62,638 nucleotides of DNA, filler included, from Nemertoderma westbladi (GCA_032718475.1; 3 parts of 3 records of this genome joined end to end with filler, not necessarily neighbours in it); one strand, 5' to 3'; numbered from the whole stretch's first letter, positions 23,200-35,236 are shown. The notes: a model not told the origin generated them from the letters alone. A program made the numbers and translations.

Positions 23200-25176
23200 T
23201 GGGTCAATAAGCTTAAAAGTGGCCAAAAAGGGGTACAAATTGACCAAAAAATTTTTGTCGGAAATTAGTGCCATACCATACACCATTCGAAAGATAATTT
23301 CATTGCGAATCTTGTGATGGTAGAGGGAGAGCATGAGGCGCTGCTTAAAGGGAGATATATGGCAAAAACTAATGTCATATCTGTAAAGTTTTTGTCTATC
23401 ACTGTAACGCATTACAGTGATGACATTTTTGGGACAAACGTCTGTAACGGCCATCTGTAACGGTAATTATGTTATGTGGATTTTGCAGTATTTATAACTT
23501 ATTGCTTCGACAATAAGGTAATTTATTGGACAAACATCTGTAACAAACAGAGATATCTGCCCATAACCATCGCATCCATTAAATTATATGTACTTAATAC
23601 ACATGATTTCCAATAAATAGAAAAAGTTTTTCATTAACATTTTTCTGTGTAACCGATAATCTTGTTTTACACGATTTTTTTTATCCCGTTTTAAAATTTC
23701 TCTATCGCGCCGCTTTTTATATGCTTGTTTAAAATACTCTGTATAACAACCGCGGTCCATTTTTTCTCTGTACTTATTTAACCGCTCCCTGGCGTTTCTC
23801 TACAACTGATTCAGAGACGTCTATTACCACATCCAATAAACGGATCTGACTAAACTTATCACAATAATATAAGTAGTGCACAAGTCCTTCATGTAAGTCA
23901 GTGAGTGATGTTAAGCCAATGATTTAGAAATTGATAGGGCATAGGCCTTTTATATGCTATGAGGATCATTGCTATCAGCATTGTTGTAATAAATTACGCG
24001 CCTATGCAGGGAAGCCTAATAACGAAAAATGCAAAACGAAAATTCCTAAATTATTTACCACGGACCCAGAAGATCTGGATTCATAAAATTTCATATGTGA
24101 AGTGAATTCGAAAAATTCGAGAACCGATCCGGATCCTGCATCCGGTTCCGCGTTTTACACTTACCCATCTTACACTACCACATTACCATGAGCAGTTAGG
24201 ATGTCAGTAGGAAGACGAAGAACGTATCAAACGCGTAGGCATTCAAATATTGACAGTGATGCCTTATTGTATTTCAGGGTGACCCTCCGTTACAGATATG
24301 ACTGTCATATAGATATGACTGAAAACCTACAGTCTGTAACGCATCGATAACTGGTTATATAATGCGTTACAGATGAGACATGCCCTATCTGTAACGCACT
24401 GCACTGTAACGGTGACGCGTTACAGATGGTTGACAAAAACGCTTACCACCGCCATACATCATAGGTGTTTATTTATCACATTAACTCTTGGGGTTGATGC
24501 GGCATAAATTCAATTGCCTTTCCACACGTACCATTATACTTGTATGAGATTAATATTATCAAAATCTATGGCCACATTTGTAGCGTTACAGATATGGACG
24601 TTTATGCTTTCTATATTGACTTTGTTAAACATAAATGCTTCCCAAATGAGATTACCTTACCCTTTGTATGTGATATTTGGCCTATATATGATAGAAACCC
24701 TGTTGACTCTAAATATATCAAAACTGTAAAGCTGCAGTTACTACTTCAGATTCTAGACGTAAATGTTACAGATGTGACACAAAAATTGAAAAATCCATGC
24801 CCATTTTATGTATCGATCTCAAATAGTTCAACATGAATATTATGCCCTGAAATATATCGGAAAAGAAAGCAAAACATCTAAGCTTCCCAACAATATATAG
24901 GTTTTCTATATATTTGCTACTTGGAGTGATAAAATTTACAGTTGTTTGTGGTCGTATCATGTAAGGGACAACTGATTTTCACGATATTTCAGTCTTTAAT
25001 GCGGCATATCTTTTGACAGCCTTTACAGATTTTGATAATTTTTAGTGCGTAAGCTGCGCAAATAAATTAGCTACAAAATAATATATAACTTTATTAAATA
25101 CGAATAAATTAAAGCATTTAAAATTATATCGTAACTTCCGGACAAACCATTGGCCACTTTTAAGCTTATTGACCCG
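23200..25176. mobile_element. Non-autonomous TIR element with TA target duplication (Tc1/mariner-like)
   Basis: TIR GGGTCAATAAGCTTAAAAGTGGCCAA at both ends, flanked by TA; TCTGTAAC motifs in the left half and GTTACAGA in the right half. Confidence 0.8.
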
Positions 25177-25954
25177 TATACTTATAGAAAGGCGCTATAT
25201 AAATATATTATTATTGTTATTAAAACCCGGTTGCCATGGAAAAAGGTTACCAACGTTTTCCAGTAAATATCCAAAAACGAAATACCAAAAATAAAAGAAG
25301 TAAAAAAACTATTATTTTTATCACATAAGACACTGCCTGGTACACCACCTCCAACGAAACGCCGTTGAGTCTATAAACAAGGCTTGCGGCCAAGTGAGTT
25401 ACTTCTAGAGTTGTTGTATATCAGCGATGCAGCAAGCTAAGTTAGCTACATCTACATACCAATTTCATACATACCATATCAAGCAATTTATAGGGATGCT
25501 AAAATATTGTTTCATTCTTAAGCTATTGCATTTTCCAACTTTCAAACAGTTTCAAATGTTGCAATTAATCGGAACCTGTGTATTTATTTGTGTAGTATTT
25601 TTTAAATTCTACTTATAGAATGATTCATTATCATTTTATTTATTTAATTGTAAAACTAAAACCTTACTGAGGTATGTAAAACCAACATAAAATAAACTGA
25701 AAAGCAATGATTGGTTGCATTAGCTGTCGACCTTGTCCTAGTGTATAATGCGCCTGAACTTCCCTCACAGTAGTGTTTGAAGGCGCAGTTTCGAATCCTA
25801 CTAAATTCTATAGAAATTTCGCATTGTTATGTCGTATCAAGGCACTATAGACATTACAGTAGTGCTCACGCAAACTGGGGGGGTGGGGGGGGGGGGGGTA
25901 AATAAAGGTGGTCTTATCAAGAAACTAAGTGCTATAGGGTGTCAATGTAATGGT

Positions 25955-28900
25955 GAAAAATATCGAGACTTGAAAAATATCGAGAGTAAAAATATCGAGA
26001 TTAAAAATATCGAGAGTAAAAATTTCGAGAGAAAAAATATCGAGTGTAAAAATATCGAGTGTTAAAAAATATCGAGAGTAAAAATATCGAGAGTAAAAAT
26101 ATCGAGACTTGAAAAATATCGAGAGTAAAAATATCGAGATTAAAAATATCGAGAGTAAAAATTTCGAGAGAAAAAATATCGAGTGTAAAAATATCGAGAG
26201 TAAAAATATCGAGACTTGAAAAATATCGAGAGTAAAAATATCGAGAGTAAAAATATCAAGATTAAAAATATCGAGAGTAAAAATTTCGAGAGAAAAAATA
26301 TCGAGTGTAAAAATATCGAGTGTTAAAAAATATCGAGAGTAGAAATATCGAGAGTAAAAATATCGAGTGTTAAAAAATATCGAGAGTAAAAATATCGAGT
26401 GTTGAGAAATATCGAGAGTAAAAATATCGAGTGTAGAAAACTATCGAGAGTAAAAATATCGAGAGTAAAAATATCGAGAGTAAAAATATCGAGAGTAAAA
26501 ATATCGAGAGTAAAAATATCGAGAGTAAAAATTTCGAGAGTAAAAATATCGAGAGTAAAAATATCGAGAGTAAAAATATCGAGAGTAAAAATATCGAGTG
26601 TTAAAAAATATCGAGAGTAAAAATATCGAGAGTAAAAATTTCGAGAGTAAAAATATCGAGAGTAAAAATATCGAGAGTAAAAATATCGAGGGTTAAAAAA
26701 TATCGAGAGTAAAAATATCGAGTGTAGAGAAATATCGAGAGTAAAAATATCGAGTGTAGTAAACTATCGAGAGTAAAAATATCGAGAGTAAAAATATCTA
26801 GAGTAAAAATATCAAGAGTAAAAATATCGAGAGTAAAAATATCGAGAGTAAAAATATCGAGTGTTGAAAAATATCGAGAATAAAAATATCGAGTGTTGAA
26901 AAATATCGAGAGAAAAATATCGAGTGTTGAAAAATATCGCGAGTAAAAATATCGAGAGTAAAAATATCGAGAGTAAAAATATCGAGTGTAGAGAAATATC
27001 GAGAGTACAAATATCGTGAGTAAAAATAACGAGTGCAAAATATCGAGAGTAAAAATATTGAGTGAAAAATATCGAGTGTTGAAAAATTTTGGGAGTGAAA
27101 ATATCAGTGTAAAAATATCGAGTGTTGAAAAATATCGAGAGTAAAAATATCGAGTGTTGAAAAATTTTGGGAGTGTAAATATCGAGTGTTGACAAATATA
27201 GAGAAAAAAATATCGAGTGTTGAAAAATATCGAGAGTAAAAATATCGAGTGTTGAAAAATATCGAGAGTAAAAATATCGAGTGTTGAAAAATATTGAGAG
27301 TAAAAATATCGAGTGTTGAAAAATTTTGGGAGTGAAAATATCGAGTGTTGACAAATATAGAGAAAAAAATATCGAGTGTTGAAAAATATCGAGAGTAAAA
27401 ATATCGAGTGTTGAAAAATATCGAGAGTAAAAATATCGAGAGTAAAAATATCGAGTGTTGAAAAATATTGAGAGTAAAAATATCGAGTGTTGAAAAATTT
27501 TGGGAGTGAAAATATCGAGTGTTGACAAATATAGAGAAAAAAATATCGAGTGTTGAAAAATATCGAGTGTAAAAATATCGAGTGTTGAAAAATATCGAGA
27601 GTAAAAATATCGAGAGTAAAAATATCGGGAGTAAAAATATCGAGTGTTGAAAAATATCGAGAGTAAAAATATCGAGTGTTAAAAAATTTTGGGAGTGTAA
27701 ATATCGAGTGTTGAAAAATATAGAGAAAAAAATATCGAGTGTTGAAAAATATCGAGAGTAAAAATATCGAGTGTTGAAAAATATCGAGAGTAAAAATATC
27801 GAGTGTAAAAATATCGAGAATAAAAATATCGAATGTTGAAAAATTTTGGGAGTGAAAATATCGAGTGTTGACAAATATAGAGAAAAAAATATCGAGTGTT
27901 GAAAAATATCGAGAGTAAAAATATCGAGTGTTGAAAAATATCGAGAGTAAAAATATCGAGTGTTGAAAAATATCGAGAGTAAAAATATCGAGAGTAAAAA
28001 TATCGAGTGTTGAAAAATATCGAGTGTTGACAAATATAGAGAAAAAAATATCGAGTGTTGAAAAATATCGAGTGTTGACAAATATAGAGAAAAAAATATC
28101 GAGTGTTGAAAAATATCGAGAGTAAAAATATCGAGTGTTGACAAATATAGAGAAAAAAATATCGAGTGTTGAAAAATATCGAGAGTACAAATATCGAGAG
28201 TAAAAATATCGAGTGTTGAAAAATATCGAAAGTAAAAATATCGAGAGTAAAAATATCGAGAATAAAAATATCGAGTGTTGAAAAATTTTGGGAGTGAAAA
28301 TATCGAGTGTTGAAAAATATAGAGAAAAAATATCGAGTGTTGAAAAATATCGAGAGTAAAAATATCGAGTGTGGAAAAATATCGAGAGTAAAAATATCGA
28401 GTGTTGAAAAATATTGAGAGTAAAAATATCGAGTGTTGAAAAATATCGAGAGTAAAAATATAGAGTGTTGAAAAATATCGAGAGTAAAAATATCGAGTGT
28501 AAAAATATCGAGTGTTGAAAAATATCGAGTGTTGAAAAATATCGAGAGTAAAAATATCGAGTGTTGAAAAATATCGAAAGTAAAAAAAATATCGAGAGTA
28601 AAAATTCGAGTGTTGAAAAATATCGAGAGTAAAAATATCGAGTGTTGAAAAATTTTGGGAGTGTAAATATCGAGTGTTGAAAAATATAGAGAAAAAATAT
28701 CGAGTGTTGAAAAATATCGAGAGTAAAAATATCGAGTGTTGAAAAATATCGAGAGTAAAAAATATCGAGTGTTGAAAAATATCGAAAGTAAAAATATCGA
28801 GAGTAAAAATATCGAGAATAAAAATATCGAATGTTGAAAAATTTTGGGAGTGAAAATATCGAGTGTTGAAAAATATCGAGAATAAAAATATCGAGTGTTG

Positions 28901-29197
28901 AAAAATTTTGGGAGTGTAAATATCGAGTGTTGAAAAATATAGAGAAAAAACTCACGAGTGTTGAAAAATATCGAGAGTAAAAATATCGAGTGTTGAAAAA
29001 TATCGAGAGTAAAAATATCGAGTGTTGAAAAATATCGAGAGTAAAAATATCGAGAGTAAAAATATCGAGTGTTGAAAAATATCGAGAGTAAAAATATCGA
29101 GTGTTGAAAAATATCGAGAATAAAAATATCGAGAGAGAAAATATCGAGAGTAAAAATATCGAGTGTTGAAAAATATCGAGAGAAAAATATCGAGAGT
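25955..29197. repeat. Satellite array of 15-bp (AAAAATATCGAGAGT) and 18-bp (AAAAATATCGAGTGTTGA) units with higher-order variants
   Basis: Directly visible tandem array of about 3.2 kb, with recurrent variant units AAAAATTTTGGGAGTG and ACAAATATAGAGAAA. Confidence 0.97.
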
Positions 29198-29814
29198 AAC
29201 TATTTTTTAATAAGGGTATAACATATATATAAAAAAAAAGCAGAAAAAAACTAGCTGGGTATAAAAAATAAAAAATGTGATTTAGAACCAAAAAAATGTG
29301 TTCTAGGACAAAAATATTGATCAGAATTCGACGAACTTTTGACGAACTGGCGTATCCCCATTTCTTGCTGAAATTTTTTTTTTGGATATTTAAGGTCATA
29401 AATGTGAAAGCCAACTTTTGACGAAGTGGCGTCTCCATAAGTGCATTGGAACGAGAGATACAGCGATACAAAATATACGCTGTATATCTATTTTAGTAAA
29501 TAATATTTTGACAAAGTGGCGTATTAGAAAATTGTTACTGTACGCCAGTTCGTCAAAATTTTAGATTTAATTTCTATAGGGTACGCCATATTTCTAGGTT
29601 ATGTCGTAGGTAATTTCCATACGATATCAGTGAGATTAGAGTGTACCGTTAAGGACAAGTGGACAGTCAGTCTTACACCGGTACATGTAATACTGAAAGT
29701 TTAAGTATCATACATTGCACTACATATAAAATAGAATATACATTAATTAAACAACAGATAAAAAGCAGTTCAGACTGCAGACAGATCGATGTTCTAGGCC
29801 TATACATTAAAGTG

Positions 29815-31830
29815 ATGGATGTAACGGTTGCTGAAGATACCGCTAGCGAAGATGATGTTTTTATGGGCTTTATCATTGAGTCCGAAAAGAAGAACTGCAA
29901 GATTCGAAAACGAAAAAAAAGAAACGAAATAGGCCAATTCAAATCATATCCGAAAAGAAATAGGACAAGGAAGGAGGAAAAGGTTATCGAACTGGAGGTG
30001 AAAGTCGGAGGAGATGTAGCAACCGAAATTTCTGTGGGAAGGTCAATGCTCTCCCTAGCCAGGCAATTTGATATGGATGTGGGAGAGGCTGCGTTTGCCG
30101 ACGTTGGAATTGGTTTGGGAGCCACAGGGTTGGAAGAGGTTGGAGTTGGTTTGAGAGCCACAGGGTTGAAAGAGGTTGGTGTTGGTTTGGGAGCCACAGG
30201 GTTGGAAAAGTTTGGAGTTGGTTTGGGAGCCACAGGGTTGGAAGAGGGTGGAGTTGGTTTGGGAGCCACAGGGTTTGAAGAGGTTGGAGTTAGTTTCGGA
30301 GCCACAGGGTTGGAAGAGGTTGGAGTTGGTTTGGGAGCCACCGGGTTGGATGAGGTTGGAGTTGATTTGGGAGCCACAGGGTTGGAAGAGGGTGGAGTTG
30401 GTTTGGGAGCCACAGGGTTTGAAGAGGTTGGAGTTAGTTTCGGAGCCACAGGGTTGGAAGAGGTTGGAGTTGGTTTGGGAGCCACAGGGTTGGAAGAGAT
30501 AAGAGTTGGTTTGGGAGCCACAGGGTTGGATGAGGTTGGAGTTGATTTGGGAGCCACAGGGTTGGAAGAGGGTGGAGTTGGTTTGGGAGCCACAGGGTTT
30601 GAAGAGGTTGGAGTTAGTTTCGGAGCCACAGGGTTGGAAGAGGTTGGAGTTGGTTTGGGAGCCACAGGGTTGGAAGAAGTTAGAGTTGGTTTGGGAGCCA
30701 CAGGGTTGGAAGAGGTTGGAGTTGGTTTGGGAGCCACAGGGTTGGAAGAGGTTAGAGTTGGTTTGGGAGCCACAGGGTTGGAAGAGGTTGGAGTTGGTTT
30801 GGGAGCCACAGGGTTGGAAGAGGTTAGAGTTGGTTTGGGAGCCACAGGGTTGGATGAGGTTGGAGTTGGTTTGGGAGCCACAGGGTTGGAAGAGGGTGGA
30901 GTTGGTTTGGGAGCCACAGGGTTTGAAGAGGTTGGAGTTAGTTTCGGAGCCACAGGGTTGGAAGAGGGTGGAGTTGGTTTGGGAGCCACAGGGTTTGAAG
31001 AGGTTGGAGTTGGAGTGGGAGGCTCAGGGTTAGAAGAGGGTGGAGTTGGTTTGGGAGCCACAGGGTTGGAAGAGGTTGGTTTGGGAGCCACAGGGTTGGA
31101 AGAGTTTGGAGTTGGTTTGGGAGCCACAGGGTTGGAAGAGGTTGGAGTTGGTTTGGGAGCCACAGGGTTGGAAGAGGTTAGAGTTGGTTTGGGAGCCACA
31201 GGGTTGGAAGAGGTTGGAGTTGGTTTGGGAGCCACAGGGTTGGAAGAGGTTAGAGTTGGTTTGGGAGCCACAGGGTTGGATGAGGTTGGAGTTGGTTTGG
31301 GAGCCACAGGGTTGGAAGAGGGTGGAGTTGGTTTGGGAGCCACAGGGTTTGAAGAGGTTGGAGTTAGTTTCGGAGCCACAGGGTTGGAAGAGGGTGGAGT
31401 TGGTTTGGGAGCCACAGGGTTTGAAGAGGTTGGAGTTGGAGTGGGAGGCTCAGGGTTAGAAGAGGGTGGAGTTGGTTTGGGAGCCACAGGGTTGGAAGAG
31501 GTTGGTTTGGGAGCCACAGGGTTGGAAGAGTTTGGAGTTGGTTTGGGAGCCACAGGGTTGGAAGAGGGTGGAGTTGGTTTGGGAGCCACAGGGTTGGAAG
31601 AGGTTGGAGTTGGAGTGGGAGGCTCAGGGTTAGAAGAGGGTGGAAATCATAAGGGAGCAACAGGGTTTGAAAGGGTGACAGTCATTAAAGAAAAATATAT
31701 TCAAGAAGCTCTTGACAGTTTCATATACTCGGTATACTCAAACGAGAATTCTACAATTATTTCTGAAACCTTAAACATGGACGATATCAACTCTGTAGAG
31801 AATGAATTTCAACAGTGTGGTCCTCAATGA
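29815..31830 (+). CDS. Sola1 upstream ORF: basic NLS-like segment plus about 43 copies of a 12-aa Gly/Val/Glu repeat (possibly the N-terminus of the transposase)
   Basis: ATG at 29815; KKNCKIRKRKKRN; (GVGLGATGLEEV)n; open through unique sequence on both sides of the array; stop overlaps the transposase ATG. Confidence 0.5.
   Translation: MDVTVAEDTASEDDVFMGFIIESEKKNCKIRKRKKRNEIGQFKSYPKRNRTRKEEKVIELEVKVGGDVATEISVGRSMLSLARQFDMDVGEAAFADVGIGLGATGLEEVGVGLRATGLKEVGVGLGATGLEKFGVGLGATGLEEGGVGLGATGFEEVGVSFGATGLEEVGVGLGATGLDEVGVDLGATGLEEGGVGLGATGFEEVGVSFGATGLEEVGVGLGATGLEEIRVGLGATGLDEVGVDLGATGLEEGGVGLGATGFEEVGVSFGATGLEEVGVGLGATGLEEVRVGLGATGLEEVGVGLGATGLEEVRVGLGATGLEEVGVGLGATGLEEVRVGLGATGLDEVGVGLGATGLEEGGVGLGATGFEEVGVSFGATGLEEGGVGLGATGFEEVGVGVGGSGLEEGGVGLGATGLEEVGLGATGLEEFGVGLGATGLEEVGVGLGATGLEEVRVGLGATGLEEVGVGLGATGLEEVRVGLGATGLDEVGVGLGATGLEEGGVGLGATGFEEVGVSFGATGLEEGGVGLGATGFEEVGVGVGGSGLEEGGVGLGATGLEEVGLGATGLEEFGVGLGATGLEEGGVGLGATGLEEVGVGVGGSGLEEGGNHKGATGFERVTVIKEKYIQEALDSFIYSVYSNENSTIISETLNMDDINSVENEFQQCGPQ
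30106..31640. repeat. 36-bp minisatellite GGAGTTGGTTTGGGAGCCACAGGGTTGGAAGAGGTT
   Basis: Directly visible; the only length variants seen are 30-bp units. Confidence 0.97.
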
Positions 31831-33839
31831 ATGATCTAACTACAGTTTACTGTGATAGGCCCGCTGGTGATGACCAAGAAGGTTGTCAAAACTACGTTGA
31901 TACTTCGAATCTTGTAACAATAGATAGTTCTAATATTGCGGGGATAGACGACATAGTTCGCGATCCTGATTATTCCCCATCGGATTCTGATTCTATATCC
32001 TCAGATTCGGAGACAATAATTGAGAACGAAGAGATTCTTCTTGAAGATCAGGCTGCCTCTCTCCCCGAAGATTTTACTGTAGATGGCGCCCCACAGGAAG
32101 GCAGTCCAATAAAGGATAATAATCAATCAAAGTGCCGTAGGTTAATTGTAAAAAATAATCGCAATTCTGGAATGCCGTATTTAAGTGAGTCTGGGAAGCA
32201 ATTTGTTTCGAAGCGAGTAGTGACACCAAGGTGTAACTGTAGTGCAGAAAATCAAAATGGTTTTAAATGTCGATCTGTGAGTGATGAGACCCGACAAGTT
32301 ATTTTAAATGGATTTTATGATCTTAGTAACTTAGACAAACAGCGACAATTCATTGCGTACCATGTACATTCATCACCAATTCCTAATGCAATTGGGAAGA
32401 AGAAAAATAAAATTAACTATACACTGACGGTTGACAGCATTCAATTACGTGTTTGTAAGACGTTTTTCATAAACACGTTGAACATAAATGAGAAATTTGT
32501 TTACACTACTCTAAAAAATATAACAGAACATGGTATGTTGAAAGGTGAAAAGAGGGGAGGAAGAGTGCAGAAGTTGAGAGAGAGAGATACACATATAGAA
32601 TCTAGTATTGTTGAACATTTGAATAGGTTTCCCACTGTAGAAAGTCATTATTGTAGGAAGGATGACAAAAGGAAGCATTTGTCATCTGATCTATCTATCA
32701 GTATAATGTACAGCATGTATAAGAATGAGAAGGAAGAGATGGCATCATCGAGCGGTGTTGCAATAGCATCATACAGTAAATATCGTGACGTATTTCACCA
32801 ACTAAAGTTAGCAATTCATAAAAGAAAAAAGGACCAGTGTGGCATTTGCGAGACATTCCGTACGACGAAGACTGACGAACTCACTGAGAGTTTAAAAGTT
32901 GAGTATAACAATCACCAGGAAGAGAAGAAAATAACACGAGAATTAAAAGACGCTGCAAAAATGGCAGCGATGACTGAGGAGTCAAATGTAATTGCCGCGT
33001 GTTTTGACCTTCAGCAGGTAATCTACACACCCAAATCAGAAAGATCGGAGATTTTTTACAAACGTCGTCTCTCAAACTATAACTTCACTATTTACAATAT
33101 CGCAAACAGGGAGGTCTCGTGTTTTTTGTGGCATGAGGGTGTAGCCAATAGAGGCTCGAATGAGATTGCAACCAATCTATATTTATGGCTGATTGACAAT
33201 GATAAATATGAATCTGTTGTCTCTTTCGCGGATGGATGTTCTGGGCAGAACAAAAACTCTATCATCCCCACAATGTTTCGAAGCTTTCTAACCGAATCCC
33301 GTTGCATCAAATCGATCCGGCTTATTATAATGGTCCCCAATCATGGTCAGACTGAGGGAGATAGTGCTCACGCGTGTATCGAGCGTGCTATTGAGCGGAG
33401 CTGCGATATAATGGTACCGGCTCAACTGGTGCCTATCATACGACTTAGTCGAAAGGTTCCCTACAAGGTAATAGAATTACAAACAGAAGACATTTTCGAT
33501 TGGAAATCGTTATCTGTTGGTCAAGGTGTTTTGAGGCAACGGTTGAGCGATTCTGGGAATGACATCAATTGGGTGAACATGGTAGAGTTTGAGTTGAAGA
33601 AACAGGAGGCATCAAAACTATATTTCAAATACTCCCATAGCCAGGAAACATTTGATTCCATAACACTGCCAACTAAGAGGAACAGCGATATTGTATTCCC
33701 TGTGCAAGCATATGGGGGCGGTGGTGGTCCGAGGCTCGCAAGAGCTAAATTTGACGATCTCATGAAGTTATGTGAAGGCAACAAACCAGTCATTCGTCCG
33801 CCTTATGACTCATTCTACCGTCAGCTTGCTCACCAATAA
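31827..33839 (+). CDS. Sola1-type DDD transposase
   Basis: VCKTFFINTL, FPTVESHYCR, KKDQCGICE, CFDLQQVIYTP...FYKRRLSNYNFTIYN, LWHEGVANRGSNEI, FADGCSGQNKN, NHGQTEGDSAHACIE; uninterrupted 670 aa. Confidence 0.85.
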   Translation: MNDLTTVYCDRPAGDDQEGCQNYVDTSNLVTIDSSNIAGIDDIVRDPDYSPSDSDSISSDSETIIENEEILLEDQAASLPEDFTVDGAPQEGSPIKDNNQSKCRRLIVKNNRNSGMPYLSESGKQFVSKRVVTPRCNCSAENQNGFKCRSVSDETRQVILNGFYDLSNLDKQRQFIAYHVHSSPIPNAIGKKKNKINYTLTVDSIQLRVCKTFFINTLNINEKFVYTTLKNITEHGMLKGEKRGGRVQKLRERDTHIESSIVEHLNRFPTVESHYCRKDDKRKHLSSDLSISIMYSMYKNEKEEMASSSGVAIASYSKYRDVFHQLKLAIHKRKKDQCGICETFRTTKTDELTESLKVEYNNHQEEKKITRELKDAAKMAAMTEESNVIAACFDLQQVIYTPKSERSEIFYKRRLSNYNFTIYNIANREVSCFLWHEGVANRGSNEIATNLYLWLIDNDKYESVVSFADGCSGQNKNSIIPTMFRSFLTESRCIKSIRLIIMVPNHGQTEGDSAHACIERAIERSCDIMVPAQLVPIIRLSRKVPYKVIELQTEDIFDWKSLSVGQGVLRQRLSDSGNDINWVNMVEFELKKQEASKLYFKYSHSQETFDSITLPTKRNSDIVFPVQAYGGGGGPRLARAKFDDLMKLCEGNKPVIRPPYDSFYRQLAHQ

Positions 33840-35128
33840 AGCTTGAAGCTTAGAGACCAGACCAAGAAGGAACAACCTTGTCACGTCTAGGGACAGGACA
33901 TTGTAAACTTTAAAATATACTATTAAATTTTAGCAACCGTATAACCGTATGTTCTATAATGAATGAGCTTTGTTGAATAAAAGAGTAATACTAATAATAT
34001 CCAAATTTTAACAATACCAAAAGTTACGAAAATGGAATCAATATTGTAATTCAAGGGGATTATTTCTTTCGAAATACGATTTTAAAATTTTCGTTTATAT
34101 TGAAATAAATATCGCCTCAGAGTGAAACAATAAAACTGTATTTTGACAAACTGGTGTTTACTAGAAAACTTTTCATTATTATTTTGACGAACTGGCGTAT
34201 AACCAGTATGACGAAATAACAAAAATATTCGTGATTATAATAATTTTAGATAGATAGAGCGTTTCAAATTACCCCATTGTGCCAATTTTTAAGTGTTCAA
34301 GTGCCTGTACGGAGTCAAAAGGCCAAATATGAAAAACCAATTTTCTGTAAACGCAATTTATGGCAGAAATATAATTTTGCAAAAACTGCTGATATGCCAG
34401 TTCGTCAAAAGTTCGTCGAATTGATAGCTAGCACTTCTTCTATAATATTTATAAAAAAATTTGATAGTTTAAAAAATATCGTTAATGTGTACCCAAGGTG
34501 TATTAATGCCATTTATTTCCACTTACACTGTACTGCACTGCAATATTGTGCCATTATTCTAAATAAAATGCTCACAATAGTTTTACTCTCAATATTTTTG
34601 CTCTCGATATTTTTACTATCGATATTTTTATTCTCGATATTTTTCAACACTCGATATTTTAACTCGATATTTTTACTCTCGATATTTTTCAACACTCGAT
34701 ATTTTTACTTCCGATATTTTTCATTTTCAATATAACCGGTGTTACAAGATGAGTTTCAAAGGGAGACGATGCAGACAGGCACAATGAAACTCAATCAATC
34801 AATCATTATTAATTTCTAAGTGTTGAAGTTTTACTATCAGTGTTATTTATATATTATAATATCTAATATATATAATAATAATTGTGTTATTTATATTATA
34901 TAAGAGTGTTATTTCAGCTGACTGGCGTCAACTGTTCTTTGTTTAAATATTACATGACGTAACTAATATGGTTAGGTTTTTCTCTGTATTGTGTTGGTTT
35001 TACATACCGGTAGGTATTCATTTCTAATTAAATAAATTAAATTTCTTTATAATATCTTTCTCATTTTAAAGTGTTTATATTCCAATAATGTGTTCGAATC
35101 TCATTAAATTGTTGTTCCATTCCCCCAG

Positions 35129-35236
35129 GAAGGCGACGAGGGTGACGGATTGGTAGATGGCGTTGTCAACGACGACCCTAGCTACGGCTCCAACACGAAC
35201 CTTGTAAATAGCCAATCAATTCCCACCTTGTCTTAA
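35129..35236 (+). CDS. SLC35F1/2: Probable terminal exon of the SLC35F1/F2-like gene
   Basis: ttcccccag acceptor, phase 0, EGDEGDGLVDGVVNDDPSYGSNTNLVNSQSIPTLS-stop; continues the acidic tail. No homology support. Confidence 0.55.
   Translation, partial: EGDEGDGLVDGVVNDDPSYGSNTNLVNSQSIPTLS

Larger units (their letters stand above)
29329..34418 (+). mobile_element. Sola1 DNA transposon, apparently full length
   Basis: TIR CGACGAACTTTTGACGAACTGGCRTATC at both ends; AATT TSD (AWWT is the Sola1 target) at 29325-29328 and 34419-34422; subterminal TTTTGACRAASTGG repeats; intact transposase ORF. Confidence 0.85.
25937..34737. mobile_element. Foldback/Mutator-like element with satellite arms, hosting a Sola1 insertion
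   Basis: AAAAATATCGAG arrays in inverted orientation at 25955-29197 and 34580-34723; possible decayed 9-bp TSD AGTGCTATA / GGTGTTACA (6 of 9, all transitions). Confidence 0.55.

Noticed and set aside
26601-29471. 956-aa ORF and overlapping ORFs in the satellite
   Set aside because: Translation of a 15/18-bp satellite whose - strand lacks stop codons; open in several frames and crosses the Sola1 boundary.
29673-31589. 638-aa mucin/extensin-like antisense ORF as a host gene
   Set aside because: Mirror of the 36-bp array, starts at a non-ATG codon inside the array and lies within Sola1 TIRs; the sense ORF is more plausible.
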